Made by a program: the position numbers and the translations under genes. Source: Polyangiaceae bacterium (GTDB lineage Bacteria; Myxococcota_A; Polyangia; Polyangiales; Polyangiaceae). Taken from it: DNA of 64,000 nt. The DNA lies in contig JBILLK010000021.1 of NCBI GenBank assembly GCA_044376115.1, positions 64,001 through 128,000 on the forward strand, in the 5' to 3' direction. The notes under the pieces are model-generated. The model did no database searches, was not told the origin of the DNA, and was given only the letters and a program-made list of their open reading frames with translations. Positions 36,848 through 47,252 of this stretch are shown piece by piece; positions within the stretch are counted from its first letter, which is position 1, and each line of letters begins with the position of its first letter.

Positions 36848-37975
36848 CTAAGGCGCAGCTCCGTCGAGAAAGACGGGCTGCGTCAAGGCGAACCGCCCTT
36901 CCGAGCTAACGCGAAATCGCACGTAGCGACCGGCGTCTTTGGTAGGGACATACACAAGGCGTTTGCCTGTGGCTTGATGAACGGTGCGCCCCCCTTCGCC
37001 GATAACCGCGAAGGCTGCACTGCCTTCACTAACCTCCAAGGTGCAGCGTTCTCGCCCGAGCTCCAAGGTCGTGAACGTCACGCCTGTGGAGCCGTAGAAG
37101 TCCCCGCGAATCACGGCTTGTTTGATGGCCGAAGGACTCTTCTCGGCGCGCACCATCACAAAGCCGAGGTTGCCAGGGTAGGGCTGGCCGCCCAAACGCT
37201 TTAGCTCCGCTGCGTCATTGTAGTTGTGCGCGTCGTCGGTCACGGCCGCCCACAACCGCACGCCCCGTGAAAGCACCTCGTCCCAAAGAGCCTCCGTGGA
37301 AGGGTGGTTGGCGTCGCCAGCGTTTTGACTATCCCAGGATTGGTTGCCTACCTCAAGCAGGGTCAGGCCATGTGCAGCAGTCGCTACAATTGTATCTACG
37401 TCAGCGCCGTACTGCATATTGGGGTGGTTGAGCATGGCAACAGCGCTGGTGTTCACGGCCCACTCGACAGACTGCGAATAGAGCTCGGTTCGCTTGCCAT
37501 ACTGAGGCCGCTTGAAAGGCTGCCTACCGAGCGACGCCTCAGTGAACAACGCGTTGATGTGCAGGAGGCAAGCATCTCCTGGTTGCGGTTCCGGGTCGCA
37601 GGAGCGGGAATTGTGAGTTAGCTCAATGCCGGGCAAGGTGAGCAGCTGACTGTCTGGAGTGTCGGTTACGGCATTGTGATCCGTAAACACAATAAAGTCG
37701 TAGCCGCGCGCCTCATAAAAGCTTTGCACCTCGGCTGCTGGGGTATCGCTGTCACCGCTTGCGTTGGTATGGGCATGAAGCTGGCCCTTTAGAAATCCCG
37801 CGACCGCGGCTGGCGGCTTTTCATCCAAGCTGACCGCGGCTGGTGCCTTCGGTAGCGAGGTTGGACTTTGCGCCGGTCCACCGTCCGTCGCTTGCGGCCC
37901 TGCGCGCCCCCGCTCGCACGAAAGCAGCAGCGCTGCGAGGATGACGAACCTGCGCTTGCCGCCTATCGCGCTCAC
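36848..37975 (-). CDS. PHP-domain (CehA/McbA-like) metallohydrolase lipoprotein
   Basis: KGQLHAHT..SGD, FTDHN, NHP, DDAH. Confidence 0.85.
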   Translation of the reverse strand: MSAIGGKRRFVILAALLLSCERGRAGPQATDGGPAQSPTSLPKAPAAVSLDEKPPAAVAGFLKGQLHAHTNASGDSDTPAAEVQSFYEARGYDFIVFTDHNAVTDTPDSQLLTLPGIELTHNSRSCDPEPQPGDACLLHINALFTEASLGRQPFKRPQYGKRTELYSQSVEWAVNTSAVAMLNHPNMQYGADVDTIVATAAHGLTLLEVGNQSWDSQNAGDANHPSTEALWDEVLSRGVRLWAAVTDDAHNYNDAAELKRLGGQPYPGNLGFVMVRAEKSPSAIKQAVIRGDFYGSTGVTFTTLELGRERCTLEVSEGSAAFAVIGEGGRTVHQATGKRLVYVPTKDAGRYVRFRVSSEGRFALTQPVFLDGAAP

Positions 37976-38082
37976 CGCGGGAGAGTAGCAGCTCGACGAA
38001 GTGGGCCGCCGCTCTGCTCGATTCCGTCGGAATGATGCTGCATAAAAGCGAGCTGTGCTTTAGGTGTGCTAACGCCAAGCCC

Positions 38083-38394
38083 ATGAAGGCAATGACGATT
38101 CTGCTCGTGGGCTGCGGTCTGTTGATAGCTGCTTGTGGTGACTCCGGCACGGGTGATGGCGGAGGCGACGTCTCCAATGACCCGGGCCGCGAGGTGGAAG
38201 GCTGCTTCGACTGCACTGACACCGAGTACTGCTTGATCATCTCCGGAGCCGCCGGGGACAAGAACCACTGCGCGGAGGCCGCCTGCGGCACCGAGTGCGA
38301 CTGCATCATCGAAGACGGCGGCACCCGGCTTGAGGTCTGCCAAACGCAGTACAGCTGCCAAGACGGCAGCGGCCTACTCTATTGCTTCGAGTGA
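38083..38394 (+). CDS. Small Cys-rich lipoprotein
   Basis: IAACGD lipobox, multiple Cys. Confidence 0.7.
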   Translation: MKAMTILLVGCGLLIAACGDSGTGDGGGDVSNDPGREVEGCFDCTDTEYCLIISGAAGDKNHCAEAACGTECDCIIEDGGTRLEVCQTQYSCQDGSGLLYCFE

Positions 38395-38433
38395 TGCTGG
38401 GGAGGCAGGCCGGGTTCCGCCCGGCCTTGACGC

Positions 38434-39348
38434 TCAGCGCTGAGAAGACGGCAACCTGTGCATCGCAAAGAGCTGCTCGAGCGTCAGAGCCTCGTTCGCG
38501 GGTGCCTTCGTTTTCGCGCTGAACTGCGCGAGCGGATCGCGCTTGAAGCTGAGCCTGGTGCCATCGAAGTCGGCGAGGCGAGAGAAGCCTTCACGCGTGA
38601 CCCGCGGCGGAGCGCAATCAGGCTCGCGTCCAAGCATGCTGCTCACGTCCTCGAACGATTCGCGCGCGAGCGGGACCTGGGCGCAGCGCGGTCGCCCACC
38701 CTCGAGGCCGCAGACCACCCAGCTGCGTTCACTCGCGCCAGTGACCCTGCAGTCGCCGAGATCCGAGTCGTGCGACTCGTTCTCCACCACGCCAGCCCAA
38801 AGCGTGTCCGGCACGGTCGACGCGGTCACCTCGATCGAATGGGAGAAGCCACCAACCCCGCTCGAATAGTTCTCGGCCAAGAGCACGGTGTCCCAACCGG
38901 TCGCCGACTGGATGAGGAGGTGCACCTCCTCCGGTCCGCCCAGGGCTTGCACGCGCACGATGGTGGTGGTGAAAAGGCCGTTGTCGTCGCTCTCTTGGAG
39001 GCTCGTAAGCTCGCCGCGACAGTCGTTATCGAAGTCGCGCCGCACGCGTTGACAGTACGCCTGCGTCAAGTAGTGGATGGCGAGCTCTTGCGGCTGCAGC
39101 ACCAGGGGCGGCTCCACCGCTTCACGCTGCTTTTTGCGAGCATCGAGCAGTTCGGCCACCTGCTGATCGTAATGCGCATCAACGGACGGCGCCGCTGTCA
39201 CCACAGCGACACCAGCGCTGGTCGGTTGAATCACCGGGCCCGGACCATGAGCGCCAACACGCTCCACATAAGCCCCCGCGTGAGAGCTACAGGCCGAACA
39301 AATCATCAAGGGTAGGGACAACAACCAACTTGTCGCACGCGCTCGCAT
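38434..39348 (-). CDS. Hypothetical lipoprotein
   Basis: CSAC lipobox-like; start uncertain. Confidence 0.55.
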   Translation of the reverse strand: MRARATSWLLSLPLMICSACSSHAGAYVERVGAHGPGPVIQPTSAGVAVVTAAPSVDAHYDQQVAELLDARKKQREAVEPPLVLQPQELAIHYLTQAYCQRVRRDFDNDCRGELTSLQESDDNGLFTTTIVRVQALGGPEEVHLLIQSATGWDTVLLAENYSSGVGGFSHSIEVTASTVPDTLWAGVVENESHDSDLGDCRVTGASERSWVVCGLEGGRPRCAQVPLARESFEDVSSMLGREPDCAPPRVTREGFSRLADFDGTRLSFKRDPLAQFSAKTKAPANEALTLEQLFAMHRLPSSQR

Positions 39349-39428
39349 CTTCCTCTGCAACGCTGCGCTCAAAACCCTCATTCCCCGGCGCTGCCAGGGC
39401 CCGCTCGGCGCGCGTCCCTGCAATTCGG

Positions 39429-39869
39429 TCACACGTACTGGCCGAGCTCACGCTCGAAGGGCGCGCGCTCAGCGAAGCTCTCGATCTTGACGCCGGCGAG
39501 CGAGACGATCGCGCTGGCTGCGCTGACGCCCATGCGTACGAGACGGTCCTTGGCCAGGAAGCGCGCGCTGTGGACGTTGCGGAAGGAGGCGGCCACCCAG
39601 CTCGTGAGCTCTTGCCGCGCAGTCGAATCGTAGCCCGTCATCGCCTCCCAATCGTGGAAGGTGTCGAAGGTGAGGCCCTTCTCGAACGATGGGCCGATGA
39701 CCTCCACCCAGCGCTTCGCCATCGCGTGCGATAGGTGGCCCTCCACCACCGTCAGCAGCACGCCGACCTTGGGTAGGAAGATCTCGAGCTTGCCCCGCGG
39801 CTCCGCGACGCGAACGACGCACGTCGTCCGCGCGCGCTGCAGAACGGGGGAAGATGGCGAGACGGGCAA
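39429..39869 (-). CDS. Hypothetical STAS/SEC14-like protein
   Basis: FHDWEAMTGYDSTAR..LVRMGVS, a myxobacterial family pattern. Confidence 0.6.
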   Translation of the reverse strand: MPVSPSSPVLQRARTTCVVRVAEPRGKLEIFLPKVGVLLTVVEGHLSHAMAKRWVEVIGPSFEKGLTFDTFHDWEAMTGYDSTARQELTSWVAASFRNVHSARFLAKDRLVRMGVSAASAIVSLAGVKIESFAERAPFERELGQYV

Positions 39870-39939
39870 TCGGGCGCACGTTAGCACCCTGGACGCTGCG
39901 GCGCGAACGGCCACGGATACGCACGGGCGACGGGTCTGC

Positions 39940-40407
39940 TCATTCAAGTTTTGCGCGCGCTGATCCGTTAGGCGCAAAGTCGCCCGCGAGCAGCGTGCCG
40001 TCACCTTCCGTAACGTACTTGCCGTCTTTCAGCACACTCTTGGCTTGGCCTTCGACAGCGAAGTCCCCAGCCCAACCTTGGCCATCGAGATTGCGCGCGT
40101 TCAGTCGGAAGGTTGCCTCGCCGTTGGGCCCTTTGACCGTCGATAACACGCTCACCGAGTCTTGGCCGGAGATGGCGTGGAGTACGTTGCGCTGAAGGCG
40201 CCGCGCGACCGTGAGTGACACCGACGCCGGGCTACCAACGACAGCGGTTACGCGAGGGTCCTTTTCGACCAGCTCGACCGCACCGACGACGGGTGGCGCC
40301 CAACGAGCGAACAAATGGTTGCCGAGTGCGAGCGCGACCACGAGGCAAACGACGACCGCTATCCCAACGCGTCGACGACCTGCGCTTGTCTTTCCATCCG
40401 TGGCCAT
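39940..40407 (-). CDS. Membrane-anchored protein (Coa1-like domain)
   Basis: One TM then AVELVEKDPRV...VGSP...VKGPNGEA. Confidence 0.5.
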   Translation of the reverse strand: MATDGKTSAGRRRVGIAVVVCLVVALALGNHLFARWAPPVVGAVELVEKDPRVTAVVGSPASVSLTVARRLQRNVLHAISGQDSVSVLSTVKGPNGEATFRLNARNLDGQGWAGDFAVEGQAKSVLKDGKYVTEGDGTLLAGDFAPNGSARAKLE

Positions 40408-40548
40408 GGCCGCATCAAACGGTGGCCCGACGGAAAGTCAAGGCTTCCGCTGCGGTCGCCGCACGGTCACGCGCTCGAGCGGATTCGCTTCGCTTGGCAC
40501 CGGCGCAGGCACCCTGCTACCCCTCAGAGCCGAAATGAGCACTCAGCA

Positions 40549-41478
40549 ATGAGCCCGCACGCAGCCGCTTGGCCCTACCCCATCGGCGTCCCCGGTACGC
40601 CTTGGACCGCGCAGGAGAAGGAAGCGTGGGTCGCGCGGCAACGCGTGCAGCGCAGCTACCACGAGCACGTCGTCAGCAAGCTCGAGGCGCTCGGAGCGCC
40701 GTTCGAGTCGACCCGTTACGGCGCACTGACTCTCGATCCGAGCCGCTATCCGCTGTTCTCCGTCACGCTGCGTTGCTCGCAGCCCAGCGCACCATGGGCG
40801 CTGATCACCGGTGGCGTGCACGGCTACGAGACGAGCGGCGTGCAAGGCGCGCTGGCCTTCCTCGCGTCGCATGCAGAGCGGTACCGCGAGCGAGTGAACC
40901 TGCTGGTGGTGCCCTGCGTCAGCCCGTGGAGCTACGAGGTGATCCATCGTTGGAACGCTCGAGCGCTCGATCCGAATCGCAGTTTCGCCAAGGCCGGGCA
41001 AGCCGAAGAATCGCTTGCGTTGATGCAGCACGTCGAAGGGCTTGGCGTTCGCTTCGCGTTGCACCTCGATCTGCACGAGACCACCGACAGCGATGAGACC
41101 GAGTTTCGGCCGGCGCTGGCCGCGCGCGACGGCAAGAACTTCGAGCCGAACGGCATCCCCGACGGCTTCTACCTCGTAGCCGACAGCGCGAACCCCGCGG
41201 CGGCCTTCCAAGCCGCCGTGATCGAAGCCGTTGCGCACGTGACCCACATCGCGCCGCCCGACGCCGAGGGCAACATCATCGGCAGCCCGGTCACCCAGCC
41301 GGGCGTCATTCACTACGACTTCAAAGCGCTCGGACTGTGCGCCGGTATGACCGACGCTCGTTTCACCAGCACCACCGAGGTGTACCCCGACAGCCCGAAA
41401 GCCACGCCCGCAACCTGCAACGCCGCGCAGGTGGCGGCGATCTGCGCCGCGCTCGACTACGCACTGGCCAACGCTTGA
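40549..41478 (+). CDS. M14-family metallocarboxypeptidase (AstE/AspA-like)
   Basis: TGGVHGYE, DPNR, DLHET, TTEVYPD. Confidence 0.9.
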   Translation: MSPHAAAWPYPIGVPGTPWTAQEKEAWVARQRVQRSYHEHVVSKLEALGAPFESTRYGALTLDPSRYPLFSVTLRCSQPSAPWALITGGVHGYETSGVQGALAFLASHAERYRERVNLLVVPCVSPWSYEVIHRWNARALDPNRSFAKAGQAEESLALMQHVEGLGVRFALHLDLHETTDSDETEFRPALAARDGKNFEPNGIPDGFYLVADSANPAAAFQAAVIEAVAHVTHIAPPDAEGNIIGSPVTQPGVIHYDFKALGLCAGMTDARFTSTTEVYPDSPKATPATCNAAQVAAICAALDYALANA

Positions 41479-41487
41479 AGACGAACC

Positions 41488-42801
41488 TCAGGGGTGACTA
41501 GCGACCTCGGGCGGTCGGCATTCTCCGAGTAAGGCGCCGAGGCAAGGCGCGATCACCTGCTCAACCGCTTCGCGTGCTGCAGCGAAGCGGAGCGCCGCGC
41601 TTGGCTGGCCGTGCTCCAGCAACATCGCGTCATCGACCGTCGAGGTCGGCGGGTTGAAGCCGGGAAGCGCTCGCCGGAGGACTGCTGGCAGTGCACGGCT
41701 GAGCTGCTCCCTCACGTCGCGATCGTTTGCGGCCCATGCGACAAAGCGAAATGCCAGCTCGGCGTGCGCGGCCTCGTCCCTGGCGATCACCTCGAGCGCC
41801 TTTCTCGCCTGAAGCTCTTGTGTGGTCTCGAGCGTCCGCTGCGCCGCGATCGCGGCGATCGTTTCACCGACACAACCCTCAACCAGAGCGCGCAGCGCCA
41901 CCTCGAGAAGTCCGCCACCGAGCGATACCCCGGTAACAGGCAGTGGCCCAGGTCCGATCGCGTTTCCGCCATACCGTGAGGCCAGCGCGTAGCAGCGTTC
42001 CGCGTGATCGATCTCGTCCCGCATCGCTTCCTGCGCGCCGCGCACGAGAGCCGCCGGGGCTCCTACGCTGAGCAAGTCCAGCGCGAAACGCGCAAAGGAC
42101 CCCACGCTGGCATGCTCGAGCGCTGCATCGCGAGCCCATCGTTCCGCGAGCATGGAGCGAACGTGGTCGGGCAACGGCTCACCGGCGGGGAAGGCGGCTT
42201 TCGGACCGCACCAATCTTCACGTGCGACGGGCGTACTCCTCAAGCTCTGCCCGTCGACGATCAGCGGGCGACCACACTCCGAGCCCCCTCGCTCGATCAC
42301 CCCGTAACAGCATTGCAGCCTCGAGCCTGTAGCTGCGCTTCCCCCGCTTCCTCCGGCGCCGCCGCTGGCTTCAAGGCCGCCAGCGCCGCCTACGGCTCCG
42401 CCGGCTCCAACGCCTCCGGCGCCGCCCGCTCCTTCACTGGCTGCTCCAGCTCCGCTAACGCCTCCGGCTCCAGCAACGCCTCCAGCTCCGCTTGGCCCTG
42501 TCGCCACCGGCGTACCCGGGCGCAACGGACCACAAACGTACTCGATCCAAGTCTCCTCTGCCTGGTCCCAAGCTGGGCACACCTGCACGTCCAGTACGAC
42601 GCATTGTTCGACCAGATACTCATTGCTGCTGATCGTGAGCGTGCAGGTCTCCCCGAGCGAAGCCTCGTACGGCCCCGTGTCCTCGGGTTCCGGGCAGCAA
42701 CCCGTTGGCAAGGTTGAGAAGGCACCCAGGGATACTGCCGTCGCTGCTCCCCCGAAGCACCCAGCCAGAAAGCGACGCGTCAGCGGATGCATCAAAGTCA
42801 T
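41488..42801 (-). CDS. Exported ferritin-like diiron domain protein
   Basis: LEHASV, DEIDHA, EGCVGET, DEAAHA; N-terminal RR-containing signal and Gly linker. Confidence 0.8.
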   Translation of the reverse strand: MTLMHPLTRRFLAGCFGGAATAVSLGAFSTLPTGCCPEPEDTGPYEASLGETCTLTISSNEYLVEQCVVLDVQVCPAWDQAEETWIEYVCGPLRPGTPVATGPSGAGGVAGAGGVSGAGAASEGAGGAGGVGAGGAVGGAGGLEASGGAGGSGGSAATGSRLQCCYGVIERGGSECGRPLIVDGQSLRSTPVAREDWCGPKAAFPAGEPLPDHVRSMLAERWARDAALEHASVGSFARFALDLLSVGAPAALVRGAQEAMRDEIDHAERCYALASRYGGNAIGPGPLPVTGVSLGGGLLEVALRALVEGCVGETIAAIAAQRTLETTQELQARKALEVIARDEAAHAELAFRFVAWAANDRDVREQLSRALPAVLRRALPGFNPPTSTVDDAMLLEHGQPSAALRFAAAREAVEQVIAPCLGALLGECRPPEVASHP

Positions 42802-42885
42802 GCTCCGACTGTAGCAGCCCAAGAGCCCATTCGATTGCAGGATGCTTTTGGGCAGCAGCCTCACAACGCACGAAAGCAGCGGCGT

Positions 42886-44502
42886 TCAATCCCAGAGCAG
42901 GCTTGTGCCGAACAAAAATGAGAGGCCGTCGTCGTCGAAGCTGGGCGGAACCAAATCGCTGGCGCAGCTCGTGTCGAGGGCTGCGCTTGGTGCACTGAGG
43001 AAGGCCGTCATCAACTCAGCGCCGCAATCGCTGCCGCTCGTGGTTTGGCTTTGAAACAAGCTGCCGTGCGCGCCGCCCTCGAGCAGTACGAGCGTCTGCC
43101 CCGGCGCCGAGAGAGCGGCCGCTACCTCTTGCGCATGTTGCGGCGGGGTGAGCGGATCGAGCGTGCCTTGCAGCATCAACACCGGCACGGTGGTGGCTGG
43201 GTACTGCCCGCGGTACGGGCTCGCGTCGTAACGAGGCCAGCTATCGTAGAGGCCGCGGTAGAAGCCTGCATCGCCGTTGCTGAAGGCGCGCGACGCATCG
43301 CTGGCGAGCAAGGCGTCGAACGAGGCCGGGCTCTCGTCGTACAGCTCCGAGAGCGCGACATGAACGTTCAGCACGCCGCTCGCCGAGGGACCGAGATCTG
43401 CTTCCGATGCAGCGAACAGCGCACGCAAGCTGAGGATCGCCTCCTGGTCCTGCGCGTTGCAGCGGTCCACGCGGAAGAGCAGCGCCGGCAGTGCATTGCG
43501 CAGGGCGGCAGGCAGCGTCATCGTCTTCGTGAACAAGAGGCGGTAATCGCCCTGGGTCAGGTTAGCCGAGGTGGGACAATGGCCGGCGGCGAGCTTGGCC
43601 ATCAAGTTATCGACGAAGACCGCTGGGTCCGCGCCGAGCCGCCCGCTGCAAAACGGATCGGCGCCGCACAGCGCCAAGAGCGGCTGCGCTACGGTCTCCA
43701 GCTGGGCTCCGAAGTCGGTGAAGCTCAGCGACTCCGACTCGAGCGAATCGAGCACGACGCCGCTCGCCTGATCGGGGTACTGCTGCAAATAGCGCAGTGC
43801 CCAGCGGGTGCCGTAGGAGACCGCCCAAAGGAAGACGGGCTCGTCGCCGTTGCGCGTGCGCTCGATGGTCTCACCCAGGTCGGCTGCAGCCTCCACCGAG
43901 CTGAAGCCCTCGAGCGAGCCCCAGGCCGCGAGCAGCTCCTCCGCACAGACGCTGCCAACAGCGACGACCGAAGCCTCGCTGGGCGGGCTCGCGGCGCCGC
44001 TGATCGGCGTGTCGAAGCCGTCGCAGAGGAGCGGCGAGGATTCGCCTACGCCGCGATGATCCGGCAAGTAGATATCAAGGTTGGGAGCGATCGTTTGGAC
44101 CAACGGGACGAGCCCTGCCAACGTGCTGCCCGCGAGCCCCGGCCCACCCTGCAAGAGCCAGAGCTGCCCCTGGGAAGGCGACTGCGAGGCGAGCACGCGC
44201 TTGACGTGGAAGTCGACGGTAGCGTCGCTCGCCCCGTCGCGCTCTAGGGGTTGGGACAGCGTCGTGCACTCCGCGGCGAGCTCGCCGAGCGTGCAGGCAG
44301 TCCACGAGACAGGCTCACTCCCGCCGCCTCCACCGCTTCCACCCGCTGAACTCCCGCCCGACGAGCTACCGCCGGCTGAACTCCCGCCCGAAGAGCTGCC
44401 CCCCGACGAGCTGCCGCCAGAGCTCGAATCATCGCCACAGCCGACGGCTTGAAGCAGCCAAAGTGCGCTCAGCGCAGGGAGCAGAAGCCTCAAAGAATGC
44501 AT
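42886..44502 (-). CDS. Alpha/beta hydrolase lipoprotein (TAP/S33 peptidase-like)
   Basis: AVGC lipobox; GGPG, DHRGVG.S, AVSYG, D-PLTP, GAHG. Confidence 0.85.
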   Translation of the reverse strand: MHSLRLLLPALSALWLLQAVGCGDDSSSGGSSSGGSSSGGSSAGGSSSGGSSAGGSGGGGGSEPVSWTACTLGELAAECTTLSQPLERDGASDATVDFHVKRVLASQSPSQGQLWLLQGGPGLAGSTLAGLVPLVQTIAPNLDIYLPDHRGVGESSPLLCDGFDTPISGAASPPSEASVVAVGSVCAEELLAAWGSLEGFSSVEAAADLGETIERTRNGDEPVFLWAVSYGTRWALRYLQQYPDQASGVVLDSLESESLSFTDFGAQLETVAQPLLALCGADPFCSGRLGADPAVFVDNLMAKLAAGHCPTSANLTQGDYRLLFTKTMTLPAALRNALPALLFRVDRCNAQDQEAILSLRALFAASEADLGPSASGVLNVHVALSELYDESPASFDALLASDASRAFSNGDAGFYRGLYDSWPRYDASPYRGQYPATTVPVLMLQGTLDPLTPPQHAQEVAAALSAPGQTLVLLEGGAHGSLFQSQTTSGSDCGAELMTAFLSAPSAALDTSCASDLVPPSFDDDGLSFLFGTSLLWD

Positions 44503-44611
44503 CGCGTGGAGGCTAGAGACGCCTGCTCCCAGGCTCAAGAGCTTGCGATATGGCAACACGCGGAGCCGCCATATCAGGCCACATCATCACCTAGGGGCAT
44601 TTTATGGCCTA

Positions 44612-44673
44612 CTATTAACCATCATAATCAGCCACATCGTTTGCTCGGACGACGCTGTGGCTGTATTTAATAG
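44612..44673. promoter_or_regulatory. AT-rich inverted-repeat region upstream of the ATPase
   Basis: CTATTAA...TTAATAG enclosing CAGCCACA...TGTGGCTG. Confidence 0.45.
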
Positions 44674-44675
44674 CC

Positions 44676-46115
44676 ATGCTGGTTGGGCGGTTACGCGAAC
44701 AAGCGGTGCTTCGTGAGGCGCTCGAGTCTCCGGACGCGGAGCTCGTAGCGGTCTACGGGCGGCGACGCATTGGCAAGACCTACCTCGTGCGCCACTTCTT
44801 CGGACCAGCGGTTGCCTTCGAACTTACCGGAACGCACGACGGAAGCTTATCGGCCCAGCTGGAAGCCTTCGCCGCGGCGCTTGGCCGAGCCCTGAGCTCA
44901 CGTGCCCCGCTCGCGCGACCTCAGAGTTGGACGGAGGCGTTCCGTTTGCTCGAAGCCCATCTGTCATCCTTGCCGCGAAAGAAGCGGCAGAAACACGTCG
45001 TCTTCCTGGATGAACTGCCTTGGCTCGCGACGCGTCGCTCGGGCTTCCTCCCGGCGTTCGAGCATTTCTGGAACGGCTGGGCGTCGGCACAACCGTGGCT
45101 CGTGATCGTCATCTGTGGTTCCTCCGCATCCTGGATGCTGAGTCACGTCGTCAAAGAGCGCGGCGGGCTCTACAACCGCGTGACGCGACGACTGCGGCTC
45201 GGTGCCTTGTCGCTCCACGAGTGCGAGGAGTATCTGCGTGCACGCCACGTGGAGATCGGTCGCTATCAAATCCTCGAGCTCAGCATGGCCTTCGGCGGCG
45301 TCCCTCACTACCTCAATCAGGCCAAGCCCGGGCAGTCGGCTGCCCAGTGCATCGACCGCGCGTGCTTCTCGCCTGACGGCCTGCTTCACGATGAGTTTCA
45401 GCACCTCTATGCCGCCCTGTTCGAGCGCTCCGACCGTCACGAGGCGGTGGTGCGCGCGCTCGCCAAATCACGCGGCGGAGTCGATCGTCACGAGGCGATC
45501 GCAGCGGCCAAGATGGCGAGCGGCGGTACGGCCAGCAAAGTGATCGACGAGCTGGTCGAATGTGGCTTCGTCAAAAGCGCAGCCCCGCTCTGGCACAAGC
45601 AGCGAGACGCGCTTCACCGCCTCACCGACGAATACTCGCTCTTTTACCTCACGTGGATCGATTCGCAGCGCGGGCAGACCGAGGGCAGCTGGCTCAAGAA
45701 GCGCGCGAGCCCTCGCTTCCGCGCGTGGAGCGGGCTCGCCTTCGAGAACCTCTGCCTCCGGCACGTCCCAGCGATCAAACGCGCGCTCGGCATCGCAGCG
45801 GTCGAGACCGAGAACGCGCCTTGGGTCCATCGCCCCACCGAGGCGGAGGATCAAGGCGCTCAGATCGATCTCGTGATCGACCGCGCCGACCAGAGCATCA
45901 ACCTATGTGAGATGAAGTTCGCCGAGTCCGAGTTCGTGCTCGACAAAGCTTACGCGCGCGAACTCGAGCGCAAACGCGAAGTTTTTCGCCGGGTGACCGG
46001 CACACGCAAGGCCATCTTTATCACCTTGATCACCACCCACGGGCTGCGGCCGAGCGAGCACGCACAGCGGTTGGGCTTGGAGGTCGTGACGATGGACGCG
46101 CTGTTCACGCAGTAA
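44676..46115 (+). CDS. AAA ATPase (archaeal ATPase-type) with wHTH and C-terminal PD-(D/E)XK-like domain
   Basis: VGR..E, YGRRRIGKT, FLDELP, CGSSASWM, GGVPHYL, QIDLVID..LCEMKF. Confidence 0.88.
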   Translation: MLVGRLREQAVLREALESPDAELVAVYGRRRIGKTYLVRHFFGPAVAFELTGTHDGSLSAQLEAFAAALGRALSSRAPLARPQSWTEAFRLLEAHLSSLPRKKRQKHVVFLDELPWLATRRSGFLPAFEHFWNGWASAQPWLVIVICGSSASWMLSHVVKERGGLYNRVTRRLRLGALSLHECEEYLRARHVEIGRYQILELSMAFGGVPHYLNQAKPGQSAAQCIDRACFSPDGLLHDEFQHLYAALFERSDRHEAVVRALAKSRGGVDRHEAIAAAKMASGGTASKVIDELVECGFVKSAAPLWHKQRDALHRLTDEYSLFYLTWIDSQRGQTEGSWLKKRASPRFRAWSGLAFENLCLRHVPAIKRALGIAAVETENAPWVHRPTEAEDQGAQIDLVIDRADQSINLCEMKFAESEFVLDKAYARELERKREVFRRVTGTRKAIFITLITTHGLRPSEHAQRLGLEVVTMDALFTQ

Positions 46116-46151
46116 GCTTTCCGCGAAAACATACGCGTCCGTACGACGAAC

Positions 46152-47141
46152 TCAGCCCCAGTTGATGCGATGGGAAACGTCGTGACCGATGCGCTCGGAG
46201 AACTTCTTCACCGAGGTGGCGGCCATCTTTTCGCTGAGGCCAACGGGGATACGCGTGGTGAGCCAGCCGCCGAAGCCGAGGTCTTCTCCCAAGGCTGAGC
46301 CTTTGCCACTCGGTGCGACGTACTTCACGCGCGCTTCGAGTTTGCCGGCGCGCTCGAGCAAATCGTAGAGGTCACGCAAGATGATGAACGAGGTGTCGTT
46401 CAGGTGCGTGCTCCAGTTGGCGACCGGCATGAAGTCCACCAGGTGGATGAGCTGGTAATTGAGGGCGATCCAAAAATCTTCGGCGCTGATGGTGATGGGC
46501 GCGTTGTCGATCACACGCTGGAAGCTGACCTCACGAATGGAGCCGAGCCGCGGGAGTTCACGGCGCAACTCGGCGCGAAGATCCCCGGCGTACAGCAGAC
46601 GCAGGACCGAGGGAAAGGCCTCGACATGCGTCCAATCGAAGGGCGAAAGGAGCGCGCGCAAGGCCGGGATCTTCGACTTATCCATGGCGAAGGTGTTGGT
46701 GCCGGTGCCCAGGATCGAATGCAGCAAGAGCACCAGCGGTGAACGCTCGGGGTAGTGGCGCACGCCGTACTCGAAGCAAAAGTAAAGGTGGTCGAGGAAG
46801 GAGCCGTCGGCATGTTCCACGTCGAAGTTGCATTCTTCGACCAGGAATTGCGTCAGCTCGGGGCTCACCTCGGGCAGCGGGCCGCGCGCCGAGAGCGCGT
46901 CGTAGTCGGCCTGCACGCGCTTGGCGTCATCCACGAACCAGCGCACGTCCTTCGCGATGCGCTTCTGAATCACATAGCGCGCGGCTTTGCCCTCGAGCGT
47001 CTGAAAGATCGTCCGGCCCAAGTCGAAGTTGGGGATGGGCAACACGGCGACCTCACCGCTGTGATCGACGGCGCCGCCGTGGGCGAGCGCGGCCTTGCGC
47101 TGAAAGTTGGGCTCAGGACGGACGGCAGCAGACTGCTTCAT
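46152..47141 (-). CDS. Hypothetical protein with HD-like (DUF6817-like) motifs
   Basis: HADGSFLDHL...LLHSILGTGT. Confidence 0.6.
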   Translation of the reverse strand: MKQSAAVRPEPNFQRKAALAHGGAVDHSGEVAVLPIPNFDLGRTIFQTLEGKAARYVIQKRIAKDVRWFVDDAKRVQADYDALSARGPLPEVSPELTQFLVEECNFDVEHADGSFLDHLYFCFEYGVRHYPERSPLVLLLHSILGTGTNTFAMDKSKIPALRALLSPFDWTHVEAFPSVLRLLYAGDLRAELRRELPRLGSIREVSFQRVIDNAPITISAEDFWIALNYQLIHLVDFMPVANWSTHLNDTSFIILRDLYDLLERAGKLEARVKYVAPSGKGSALGEDLGFGGWLTTRIPVGLSEKMAATSVKKFSERIGHDVSHRINWG

Positions 47142-47252
47142 GGATGCTGAGCGTGCTAAAGCCAGAGGCCGGCGGCAAGCCTCTCGTAAGCGAACCGCCC
47201 CGGGCTTTGCGTTGGGAAGAAGCGCGCGGCTTTGGTGTATGACGCCGCACCT

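Noticed and set aside
44325..44425. 15-nt periodic repeat (and similar Gly-rich tracts at 22790-22880 and 36175-36340)
   Set aside because: Ordinary SSSGG/Gly linkers after lipoboxes in myxobacterial lipoproteins
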